A stretch of 64,000 bases of DNA from Xylographa opegraphella (Eukaryota): contig JALDZX010000009.1 in the NCBI GenBank assembly GCA_022813865.1, positions 372,001 to 436,000 of the forward strand, read 5' to 3'. Under the pieces are notes generated by a model. The model was not told the origin of the DNA. It did not search any database and saw only the letters and a list, made by a program, of their open reading frames with translations. Made by a program: the position numbers and the translations under genes. Shown here piece after piece: positions 54,586 through 64,000 of this stretch. Position 1 is the stretch's first letter; each line of letters starts with the position of its first letter.

Positions 54586-57044
54586 ATGCCGCTCTTCATT
54601 CTTACTGAAACAGCTGCAGGTTTTGCCCTTCTCAAAGCGAAAGGTAGACACTCCATATTTGCGGAACCACAATTGCCCTCCAATGGCAGAAATTGTGTGG
54701 GTAGTCGTCAACTAATCACCAAATTTCTTTCACAGACAAGAAACTGCTTCAAAATGAGAATCTCGAGGCTGAAACTGAGACTGCCGAGCAAATATGCTCA
54801 TTGTAAGTCAATCAACATGAGTAGGGCGCAGTCGCGTGGCACTCAAGCCCTGCAGACAGCAATATCTGGGATGCCTACTGATCCTCGCCTAGATTGAAGC
54901 TCAAGCAATTTCAAAAATTCGACAGCGCAGCGACAGCTTTGGAAGAGGTCGCAGCTCTAGTAGAAGGCAAAGTCACACCCAAACTTGCGTCACTGCTGGA
55001 CTCGATCAAAGATGAAAAGAAAGTCTCGTTGGCGGTGGCCGACCCAAAGCTTGGTACGTCAAGAGCTAAACATCAGCGATAGGGTCATGGCTAAACGTGA
55101 ACAGGCAATGCTATCAACAAGCTTCCACAATTGCAAATCACACCGATATCTGACTCTACCACCGCTGATTTGTACCGCGCTATCCGGAATCACCTTCCAT
55201 CTCTGATTCCCGGCCTACTGCCAACCGATATCTCGACCATGTCACTGGGATTGTCCCACTCTCTATCACGGCACAAGCTCAAGTTCTCTCCCGATAAAGT
55301 AGACACTATGATAGTTCAAGCCATTGCGCTGTTGGACGACCTCGATAAAGAGCTGAACACATATGCCATGCGTGTCAAGGAGTGGTATGGATGGCATTTT
55401 CCGGAGATGGGACGCATCGTCAACGACAATCTGGCATATGCCAGGGTTATACTGAAAATGGGAATGCGGACCAATGCTGTAAACGCAGATCTTACGGACA
55501 TATTACCAGAGGAGATTGAGACGGCCGTCAAAGCCGCTGCTGAAGTTTCCATGGGTACGGAAATCACCGCCGAGGATTTGGACAACATTCAGGCACTCGC
55601 GGAGCAAGTTGTGAATTTTACTGAATACCGTCAGCAGCTGTCAAGCTACTTGTCCGCACGGATGGCGGCTATTGCTCCCAATCTTACCGCTCTCGTTGGT
55701 GATCTCGTCGGCGCACGACTGATCGCGCATGCTGGAAGTCTGATGAACCTTGCCAAAAGCCCTGCGAGTACGATACAAATCCTCGGGGCCGAGAAAGCAC
55801 TGTTCCGCGCACTGAAGACGAAGCATGATACACCTAAGTATGGATTAATCTACCATGCGTCGCTTATTGGTCAAGCCACGGGTAAGAACAAGGGCAAAAT
55901 AGCTCGAGTCCTCGCCGCTAAGGCAGCAATTGGAATCCGTGTCGATGCATTGGCCGACTGGAGTGCTGAAGGTGAGGGTAAAGGCGATCTCGTCACTGAA
56001 GAAGAGAAGTCTGCGCTCGGTGTTGAAAGCCGACTTCGGATTGAGAGGCGCCTCGCTGGTTTGGAAGGCAAACCTTTACGATCCAGAGGGGTCGCCATAG
56101 GCCCCAATGGTACATCTAGTCAGCCAGGAAAGTGGGAAATAAAAGAGGCCAAAAAGTACAACCCAGACGCCGATGGACTTGCTGGCGATGAACGAGCCGC
56201 TATAGCTCCGGTGTCTAAGAAGCCGAAGGATAAGAAAGCGGAAGAACCTAAGTTAATTGAGGAGGTTGTAGACAAGCCTATGGCTGACGCTGAAGATTCA
56301 GACGATGACTCCGATGAGGAGGCGGAAGCCGACCAGGAAGTCGAAGAGAGCGAAGATGAAGATGAGGAGGACGAGGACGAAGAAATGGAAGATGTGTCTG
56401 CAACGGCACAGCCTACGGTGTCGCCACCAAAGTCCTCGAACCCGACTTTAACAACCAACGGAACAACCACGAACGGGGCGAGAAAGGACGATGATGAAAG
56501 ATCGATCACTATCTCAACAGTATCTGCAGACACTCCATACTCTCCCGACTCTCCGACGCAACAAGAACTTAATTGGCGATCCAGCATCTTAGGCAACACC
56601 AAGGAAGCCAAGAAAGCACGCAAGAAGGAACGACACGCTCGCAAGCTCGCCGAATCCGAAGAACGCAGCAAAAAGCGAGCTGAACGAAATGCAAAGCTGG
56701 CTCGCCGCCTGGACCGAAAAGAACGCAGAATCAAGCGAGCGGAGCAGATCTCAAGCCGAGAAGACCGTGAGCACGAGCAGTATCGCGATCTCGCCAATAA
56801 AGCAGGCTTGACGACTAGTCGGTACAAGCGGAAGCTCGAGAGGGGCGAGATCAAGTTCGAAGCGGACGGCACGCCGGTTGCAATCTCGAAGAAGGATATC
56901 AAGAAGGCGAGGAAACAGGCTGAGAAGGCGGCGAAGGTGCCGACGAACGGTGACGCGGATACGGTTGTTGGGCAGAAGCGGAAGAGGGAGGAGGAGAGCG
57001 GTGAGAAGGAGAAGAAGAAAAAGAAAAGTAGCAAGTCCAGTTGA
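54586..57044 (+). CDS. NOP58: Box C/D snoRNP protein Nop58
   Basis: [73 protein letters not shown] and a Lys-rich tail; three introns. Confidence 0.96.
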
Positions 57045-57863
57045 GGGAGAGGCTTTGCATTTGTGATAAGCTTGTAGCATAATATGAATGAGTCCTGGCG
57101 GACGCTGAATTTACTATGTATGGCGTTCGCGGAGCATAAGGTAAGCACCGTGTTGCAAGAATATATGGTTCTACAATCACCGCATCCGAGCGTTTGAAGT
57201 ATACAGTGATAGGTCTTATACCGCGGACTGAGGCTTGAACTGCTTCTATCTAGTATTCCAAGTAGTACTCACGCACAGAAAGAAACACTCCAGTCAAATA
57301 CGTACCCTATTCATTCTCTCGTACATCTTCCACGTCTCCAACTTCTTCCAACCGTACCCCAATACCATCACCACCTTGGCCCAAAGTATTCTACTCTTAG
57401 GTAATGCAGCAAAGCAATATAGATATTATCCCATTCAGTCACCAGATTAAGTCATCACAAGAACAAGCCAATGCGCAATACGTGGTAGTATATTAAGTTT
57501 TCGTTTCCATTATGTCCGTCAGCTTGGAAGAGGAGCAGCGAGCTCCCTGATCAGCCGAGACAACTAGAAACATGAAGTCGAGAGGTGGAGTGTGTGTGGT
57601 ATAGTACAGAGGTGTGGACGGACATGATGGTCGTGATTGAAAACATGGAGATGGAGAGTTGAGTACGAGACTGGAGAAGAAAAATGAAGAAACAAAGAGT
57701 GAAGAACAAGAGTGAAGATCAAGGCCGAAGAACAGTGGTCGGGAATGAAGACCACGGTCAAGCCGGCAGATCAGACAAACAACATAACCAGGACAAAACA
57801 GTAGCACCTCCGCATCCCCCCCCTTTTCTCTCTCCACAGACGCGCCAATTCCCTCCCAACCAC

Positions 57864-59570
57864 TCACTTCTCCCCCCCCTTCGCCCCCCTCTTCACCACC
57901 TTCTCCCCCCGAATCGCCGCCATCACGATCTCCGCCGCATTACTCTGCTTCGTCGTCGCCGGCTTCTGCTTCCCCTTCTGCACCTTCGCGCCCCTGACCC
58001 CCACCGTCCTCTTCTCCCTCTCCCTCTCCCCCTCCCCCTCCTTCTTCACCCCCTTCCCATAACACCCCCCATTGCCACTCCGGCCCCGGACCTCCGCGCC
58101 CAGCACCGCACACGCCGCCGGAATGCGATGCGCATTCGAGTAAAGGCTGTCCTTGGTGCGTTGCGGGCGCGGGCCCGTCTCCCCCGCGAGCGGCTTGCCC
58201 GCGAAGTGCTCGTTGTAGTCCAGCATCAGCTGGCCCCAGTCCGGCTTGAAGCGGGGCGTCTTGCTGCCCGATTTCTGGTTCGCGAGCCAGCCGGTGATGA
58301 ACTCTTCCTCGGCCGCCGCGTACGTGACCCGCGTCCTCTTGGGCGCGGGTTCTGCGGCGGCGGCCGAGGCGGGGGCGGGGGCCGAGGCGGGGGCGGGGGC
58401 CAAGACAGAGGCGGGAGGGGGCGCGCTGGCTTCGACTTTGAACTGTGGGCACGGGAGGGTTATTTGTGGGTTTTGCGGGTATGGGCAGGGGTGTGCGGCG
58501 GAGGGAGTCGTGCGTGGTGCGTGATTGGGTAGGAGGGGTGGGTGCGCTGGGGTGGACAGATGTGGGAAGGGGATTGGGAAATGGAAGTGGTGTGGTACGG
58601 ACGGCAGGATACGGTGCAGATGCGGAAGCAATTGGAAGGCATTGACACAGAACAAGACGTCTGAGTCGCAGTGTAGTGAATGAGAATACAAACGGCACGG
58701 AAGGAGACGTGCGTGGTGCATGAGGTGTGAAAGCGTGTGTGCGAGAAGTGGAACAAGGGGGTGATGACTTACAGTCGCCTTGCGTACTCTCTTGCCCCTT
58801 GGAGCATCCTCCTCCACCAGGTCCGTCTCCAGCTCCGCCACCATCTTGCGTTTCCGGCCCCTCCTGGGCCCTTCGGGGGCAGGATCCTCAGGAGCGGGCA
58901 CGGTAGGAGCAGGAGCATCTGCCACAGGCGCCGCAATGACAGCGGCGGTCTCGACAGCGGCAGATCCTCCCGCTTCCTCCTCCTCGTTCTCCTCCTCCAC
59001 CTCGGCGAAGAGGTCGATCAACAACGCGGCCTGCGCGTTGATGGTGGGGGAGGGTGAGGGGGCGGCGGAGCCGGTCGGGGCGGGGGCAGGGGATGGGGCT
59101 GGGGATGGGGCTGGGGATGGGGCCGGGGTGGAGGCAGAGGAAAGAGGGGCAGGGGGGGTGTTCTGGGCAGCGGCGGCGGCGGCGGCGGCGTCGGCGGCGA
59201 TGAAGGGGAAGACAGCAGCGTACACTGTCTTGCCCTCGGCAATCAAGTCGGCCGCCAGTATACGGTCAGCGACTTCGTCCGCCGCCGCCATCTGCTCGTC
59301 ACGGAGGTTGTCCTTTACGACCTGATCGGCCGTGTGGTTGTTGAGGGCCGTCCTCATGTTGAAGTCGGCCGCGACGAAGTATTCCCAGGCCGTTCCGGCT
59401 GTCACCCTGCACGTCCCCATGAGCTTGGCCACCCCCTCCTGCATCTTCGCGAGGACCTTGGCTTGCAGGCCCTTGTTGCTGGCGTAAACGGCGCCGGCCT
59501 GCTGAACACGAGCAGCGTGAACGTCGTCGACGGCACCCTCCGTGGCAGCAATGTAGGCGTATGTAGACAT
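57864..59570 (-). CDS. Orphan-like protein with an N-terminal UBA-like and a C-terminal Myb/SANT-like domain; probable 330-nt intron at 58772-58443
   Basis: 568-codon ORF; AKLMGTCRVTAGTAWEYFVAADFNMRTALN (UBA-like); RVTYAAAEEEFI...DWGQLMLDYNEHF...RTKDSL (Myb-like); GTAAGT donor and CACAG acceptor. Confidence 0.6.
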   Translation of the reverse strand: MSTYAYIAATEGAVDDVHAARVQQAGAVYASNKGLQAKVLAKMQEGVAKLMGTCRVTAGTAWEYFVAADFNMRTALNNHTADQVVKDNLRDEQMAAADEVADRILAADLIAEGKTVYAAVFPFIAADAAAAAAAAQNTPPAPLSSASTPAPSPAPSPAPSPAPAPTGSAAPSPSPTINAQAALLIDLFAEVEEENEEEEAGGSAAVETAAVIAAPVADAPAPTVPAPEDPAPEGPRRGRKRKMVAELETDLVEEDAPRGKRVRKATVSHHPLVPLLAHTLSHLMHHARLLPCRLYSHSLHCDSDVLFCVNAFQLLPHLHRILPSVPHHFHFPIPFPHLSTPAHPPLLPNHAPRTTPSAAHPCPYPQNPQITLPCPQFKVEASAPPPASVLAPAPASAPAPASAAAAEPAPKRTRVTYAAAEEEFITGWLANQKSGSKTPRFKPDWGQLMLDYNEHFAGKPLAGETGPRPQRTKDSLYSNAHRIPAACAVLGAEVRGRSGNGGCYGKGVKKEGEGEREREKRTVGVRGAKVQKGKQKPATTKQSNAAEIVMAAIRGEKVVKRGAKGGEK

Positions 59571-59643
59571 GCTGGTTGGTGGATTGAAGAAAGTGGTGTT
59601 GAAAATGGTTTGATTAGGACGGCGGCGTGAGGTTGGTTTGCTG

Positions 59644-60035
59644 GAAGTCTATGCTTGAGCTTGGTCTCTGGGACGAAGACTCGTGGATGTGTTGGAAGAT
59701 ATGTGTAAGGTGTATGGATGGGCGAAGATATGCTTGAGCTCGGTCTCTGGGACGAAGTCTCGTGGATGTGTTGGAAGATGTGTGTGAGGTGTATGGATTG
59801 GTGAAGGTATGCTTGAGCTCAGTCACTAGGACGAAGACTCCTGGATGTGTTGGAAGATGTGTGTAAGGTGTATGGATCGGTGAAGGTATGCTTGAGCTCG
59901 GTCACTAGGACTAAGACTCGTGGATGTGTTGGATGATGTATGTAGAGGTGTATGGATGGATGAAGATGTAGTTGAGCTCGGTCAATGAGACGAAGACTTG
60001 CGGATGTGTTGGATGATGTATGTAAAGGTGTGTAT
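59644..60035. repeat. 79-80-bp tandem repeat, about 5 copies
   Basis: ATGCTTGAGCT at 59651, 59730, 59809 and 59888, with a fifth diverged copy about 80 nt further on; core GGACGAAGACTCGTGGATGTGTTGGAAGATG. Confidence 0.93.
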
Positions 60036-60293
60036 GTGAAGATGTGTGCAAAGATGTGTATAAAGAGGTGTGTGTGTGTGCAAAGAGAAGTGCGAAGATG
60101 TTTGAAGCTGTGCCGTTCGTCTTGGATCTTGAAAGATGAAGAAGAAGGAAAGCTGCAGTCTGGTTGAGAAATGGGAGAGGTTTGAGGGTAAGATATAGTC
60201 GACGGCCGAGGCCCGAGCGAGCAAGCAACAATAGAATCAATAACGCGAGTTGTGAACAATAACGCGATAGAGTGCTCAATGGGGAAATTAGGG

Positions 60294-60539
60294 CTTCAAT
60301 TACCGTGTAATTGGATTTCCGAATTTCATTGGAGCCACCCTCAATGGAAGCATTAACATCAATAGGGGTGCGTAAGAAGCGATTGTCGTCCAAGAATAAT
60401 CGACATTAAGACTTCAATTATCCTGTGACTGAGTTCCCGAAGTTCAATTGAGGCACACTTAGTGGAAGCTTTAACATCAAAAGGGGTGCGTAAGGGGTGA
60501 ATGCGCAGCGATTGTCGTCCAAGAATAATCGACATTAAG
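60294..60539. repeat. Two-copy tandem duplication (about 117 and 128 bp)
   Basis: CTTCAATTA...TGGAAGC..TAACATCAA.AGGGGTGCGTAAG...AGCGATTGTCGTCCAAGAATAATCGACATTAAG occurs at 60294-60410 and 60412-60539. Confidence 0.9.
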
Positions 60540-60904
60540 TTTTGATGGGATATTGATCAGTAAGTTAGTCTGATGGGAGAATCATGTGCACCAAAGAACT
60601 AGTTGAGATGATCCAATGCTTTGATAATTGAATCGATAGAAGGTACTCTGAAGACAGCGGCATTGGCAAATGCTGTATGATTGACCAAGAAAGCCCTAGG
60701 GGTCTGTAGCATCCAATATACCACTTCTGCAGAAGATCATGACAAGCGAAAATGAGACATCTACCTCTAATGTAATATCTTCCTTCGCCATTTCCAGCAC
60801 TTGGTCAAGCGGCACTTTTTACTATAACTGAACGCCCCTTTTTAATCGTATCAATATGCGGAAATAGTAACTTCCATTCGATATTGACAGTCAGACTGCC
60901 ACTA

Positions 60905-62370
60905 TCAATCATATTGAAAGAGTACACTGATACTCTCTCCATAATGAACCCGACGGATTGCCTGAATCGTGGTTAGATAACTAGAAGGTGTTCGAGTATA
61001 GAAATACATACTTCTGCAAAGATGGTACCGACCTCCAAGACCTCGAGCTTCGAGCAACGACTTTTGTGCTCGTCTTGAGGTACACTGTTGGTCACAACGA
61101 CCTTATCAAGAGCGCTGGCGTTTATCCTGTCGATTGCGTCTCCGCTCAGAATCCCATGAGTAAGTAGAGCATACACTTTGGTAGCACCTTCTTTCTTGAG
61201 AAGCTTAGCCGCACGAGTAATAGTATTGGAAGTATCGGCAAGGTCGTCGATAAGTATTGCAGTACGATTTCTAACCTCACCAACAAGCATCATGGTAGCA
61301 TTTTGGCGATCACTGATCTTAGTAGGTCTTCGCTCCTAGAACTCTGTGAGCAGAAGTATCGTGCATTGAGAAAATGCACAAACCTTATGAATTAAAGCAA
61401 AGGGCATCCCAAGACCGTCTGCAATCGCAGTGGCTCTTTTGGCACCTCCCGCATCAGGACTGACGATCACAGCTTGTTGAAAATCTGGGATCTGATATTG
61501 TATGTATTTCTTCAAGAGGGGACGCCCATACAAATTATCAACAGGAATGTCAAAGAAGCCTTGATACTGCGCATCATGGAGATCCATCGTGATGATATGA
61601 TCAGCACCAGCACAGGTGAGAAGATCTGCTACGAGTGTGCCAGCTTCAGCGACCCACTGCTTGTAGCCGGGCTGCGGTTGGAAGACAATCGACTTAGGAT
61701 TGTTAGACTTTGTAACGATGTTCTCATCCCTAGCGGTTCCATTTCCCAGTGAAGAGGTAGAACCATTCTTTTGACGATCGAAACCGGTGGTAGACTTGCC
61801 CGAATCGATGGTGTCGTTACGGTTGTGCGGACCATTCACGTAGGACGCGAACCGAGCATTCTGAGGGCTGCTGGAAGCCGAGCTGGACTCATCCAATTGT
61901 ATCTTCGAGAGACCTTTGTGCAGCCCGTCTATACCGTTAGTCAGACCAGGACTCTGAGCATGGTCAGGATGAGGTGTTTGAGGGAGGCTATCGAGGACAT
62001 AGGGAAAGTCTGGTTTATTGTAGCAGTTCGAGGCTTTGCTCAGAGGTGCGCCTGTTTTGTTGTAGGGTATGTCGCTCTGTCGAGAGTAAGGAAAGAGGGG
62101 TAGCACAGCTGTCACTTGTCTTGCGGAGGCGGTCTTGCATGCAGAGATTGTTATAAGAAGCTCCATCAGATTGTCATTGACCTTTCCGCCTCCAGACTGA
62201 ATAATGTAGACATCTTTCCCACGAACAGATTCCTTGATTTCGACCCGAGTCTCTCCCACAGAAAATTTGTCCAGCAACACATTCGCCGGAGCAACACCGA
62301 GATGGTTGCAGATGGTGTGGGTCAGTTGAGGATGAGAGCTACCTCCCAAGACAACGATGTTTCGAACCAT
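60905..62370 (-). CDS. PRS5: Ribose-phosphate pyrophosphokinase, Prs5-type with a non-homologous insertion
   Basis: MVRNIVVLGGSSHP, PYSRQSDIPY followed by a long insert, then GYKQWVAEAGTLVADLL, VSPDAGGAKRA, ILIDDLADTSNT and AIRRVHYGESISVLFQYD*. Confidence 0.9.
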
Positions 62371-62776
62371 TGCGTGAGGTTTCGCGCTACTTCTTGTGAC
62401 CGTAGCTCTTCCTAGGACTTTCTCTTATATGACTGCCGAGGATGTATAGAATCAACTGCAGGCTAGGAGTCAAACATTATCGGATCAAGTGAGCAGCTAG
62501 CACACAGATCGCACAATAATGGAGGTTTACAATTCATGGCGGGGAGAAGCAAACCAATTCGCAGTGGGTTAAAGCAAAAGTTCTACTGACGTTCTGCCGC
62601 CAGACTTCGGCAAAAAACTAGTGATTGCGGAGCCGAGAAAACATTTATCCGTACGAGCACGTGCTTCGCGCTAAATGTGCACTGTAGACATATTAAGGTA
62701 TGTAGTAACTCGAGCGCTTGTCTCGTTCCCTGGGTATCATGATATCCTGATTCATCGTACATTTCCTAGTCGCGAC

Positions 62777-63452
62777 CTAATCACCCGTATCGACCTCCCT
62801 ACATAGGTGGTCAGTAAGATCGATCAACTTTTCTTGGGCCATCTCAGCTTACAAGTCCAGCTGAACGCCATTGCTCACTCCGTAGTCTTCCAGCGTTAGA
62901 GCATCTTTGAATGGTCGTTCACCTTGTCTCTTGAGCATGATCTCGTGGGGCTCTCGACCTATTTGAGCTGCGACTTGCGCCTTGAACAACCCTATGACAC
63001 TGTTAGCCATTAAGTAGCCGAGACACGCTGTCATCGCTCGACGTACTGATAGAATCGGATGCCAAACAGGGTATCGAAGCTTTAGTGCCCAGCCTATCGT
63101 TGACATTGACAATAATCATAGGCTCTCCTGTAGGAACTGGTCCCGATTTCTTCTCACGCTTCTCCTTCTTCTCCTTCTTGGGCTTTTCCACACTCTTTTC
63201 GGGAACAGCATCCTCACGTCTTTGTTCACGATATGGTGACCGAGGACGACCTTGATCTCTCTCACGATAACCTCTTTCTAGTCGTCTGTCCTCACCTCCA
63301 TTGGTAGGCTCTTCATCACGTCTCTTCTCTTTCCACTTGAAGCCACCTCCGGCACGCTTAGGCTTATCTTCTTCTCGCCTCCGCCGCGGTGACCGGCTCC
63401 TCGGCCTCTCCTCTTGCCTTGGTCGCGGTGATCGCGATCGAGAGTTTGGCAT
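62777..63452 (-). CDS. Hub1/UBL5-like ubiquitin-fold protein with an RS/charged N-terminal extension
   Basis: MPNSRSRSPR... N-terminus; MIIVNVNDRLGTK..IPCLASDSI, FKAQVAAQIG and FKDALTLEDYGV; a second intron gives the end LDLEVDTGD*. Confidence 0.82.
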
Positions 63453-63601
63453 CTTTACGAAGGTAGGTCTGGGGCGGTTTCGGCCAATGACGAAGAATCC
63501 TGGAGCCGCCGCTAGTGCCGGGAGAGGATCGCACTAATCCAGCCCTATGTCGCCCGTTCTAGATTCTGAGGTTCAGTCTCGAAGTTCTATGAAGCACACC
63601 A

Positions 63602-64000
63602 ATGTCTATCAGTACTTCCCATCTAGCGGTCCATCGACCCTCTTCCACAACTATTCTTTTCACGGTATCCGATGCTACTTCGCAAGGGAATATATCAGCG
63701 CGAGTTATATACTATATCACGTGCTTAGTACGTATTATCATTGGACTACTAACTGCATCATTGTTGCTTGTGAAATATGGATGTGATTCCAACCCGCACG
63801 GTTCCATGCTCAGCATGGATATGTGTCCACCATGGCTGCTCAAAGATATGCCAATACTGGTGACCTTTGCCACCAAGTACAGCTGGCAACTATTGGCACC
63901 GTTGTCGTTGGCGGTCTTATATCTTTGCTTCCGCCGTTTCTACACAGGTATTCCGCAACAGTCCTTCAAACCAGCCCCTTTAACTTGATTTGGATGGTAT
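63602..64000 (+). CDS. GPI-GlcNAc transferase subunit PIG-H/Gpi15-like (5' part, truncated by the window edge)
   Basis: LAVHRPSSTTILFTVS start, two hydrophobic segments, and RRFYT followed by a GT donor, just before where the PIG-H EESLL motif would be expected. Confidence 0.65.

Noticed and set aside
54644..54892. Intronic snoRNAs in NOP58 introns
   Set aside because: No box C (RTGATGA) paired with a box D and terminal stem was seen; the introns are only about 90 nt.
56120..57148. 342-aa antisense ORF over NOP58, and similar antisense ORFs over NST1, bli-3, the orphan gene and TRAPPC12
   Set aside because: Low-complexity or GC-rich sense coding leaves the opposite strand free of stops; no independent motifs.
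59644..60035. Tandem array as a CRISPR array or hammerhead ribozyme array
   Set aside because: The whole unit repeats with no unique spacers, there are no cas genes and the context is eukaryotic. GGACGAAG resembles part of a hammerhead but the CTGANGA and GAAA cores are absent.
61640..62060. Large insertion inside the PRPP synthetase
   Set aside because: This is the known non-homologous region of Prs5-type subunits, so it is not novel.

Overview
Eukaryotic, intron-rich DNA from a filamentous ascomycete (Pezizomycotina): short GT-AG introns with CTAAC/CTGAC branch sites and about 25 protein-coding genes. Most are conserved genes: GH72 glucanosyltransferase, CCT3, DET1-like phosphatase, TRAPPC12-like, RHO2, NST1, DUO1, DUF1749 hydrolase, TMA7, PRP4 kinase, bli-3, an ABCG transporter, NOP58, PRS5, a Hub1-like protein and a partial PIG-H. 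The standout is a ~4 kb gene fusing a PARP6/8-type Cys motif and ADP-ribosyltransferase domain to a UBE2Q-type E2 whose catalytic Cys appears only after splicing. Other items of interest: a Zn2Cys6 plus C2H2 hybrid transcription factor, an RS-rich Hub1-like protein without the YY tail, two orphan-like islands (a J-domain/acidic-repeat gene; a UBA-like plus Myb-like gene behind a 79-bp tandem array), a 99-nt hairpin, a 6-nt microexon, a GC-AG intron, and a recurrent 5'-C-rich/3'-G-rich skew within genes. I found no rRNA, tRNA, CRISPR array or transposase. Gene names come from motif recognition by eye and exon boundaries are manual predictions; no database searches were run.
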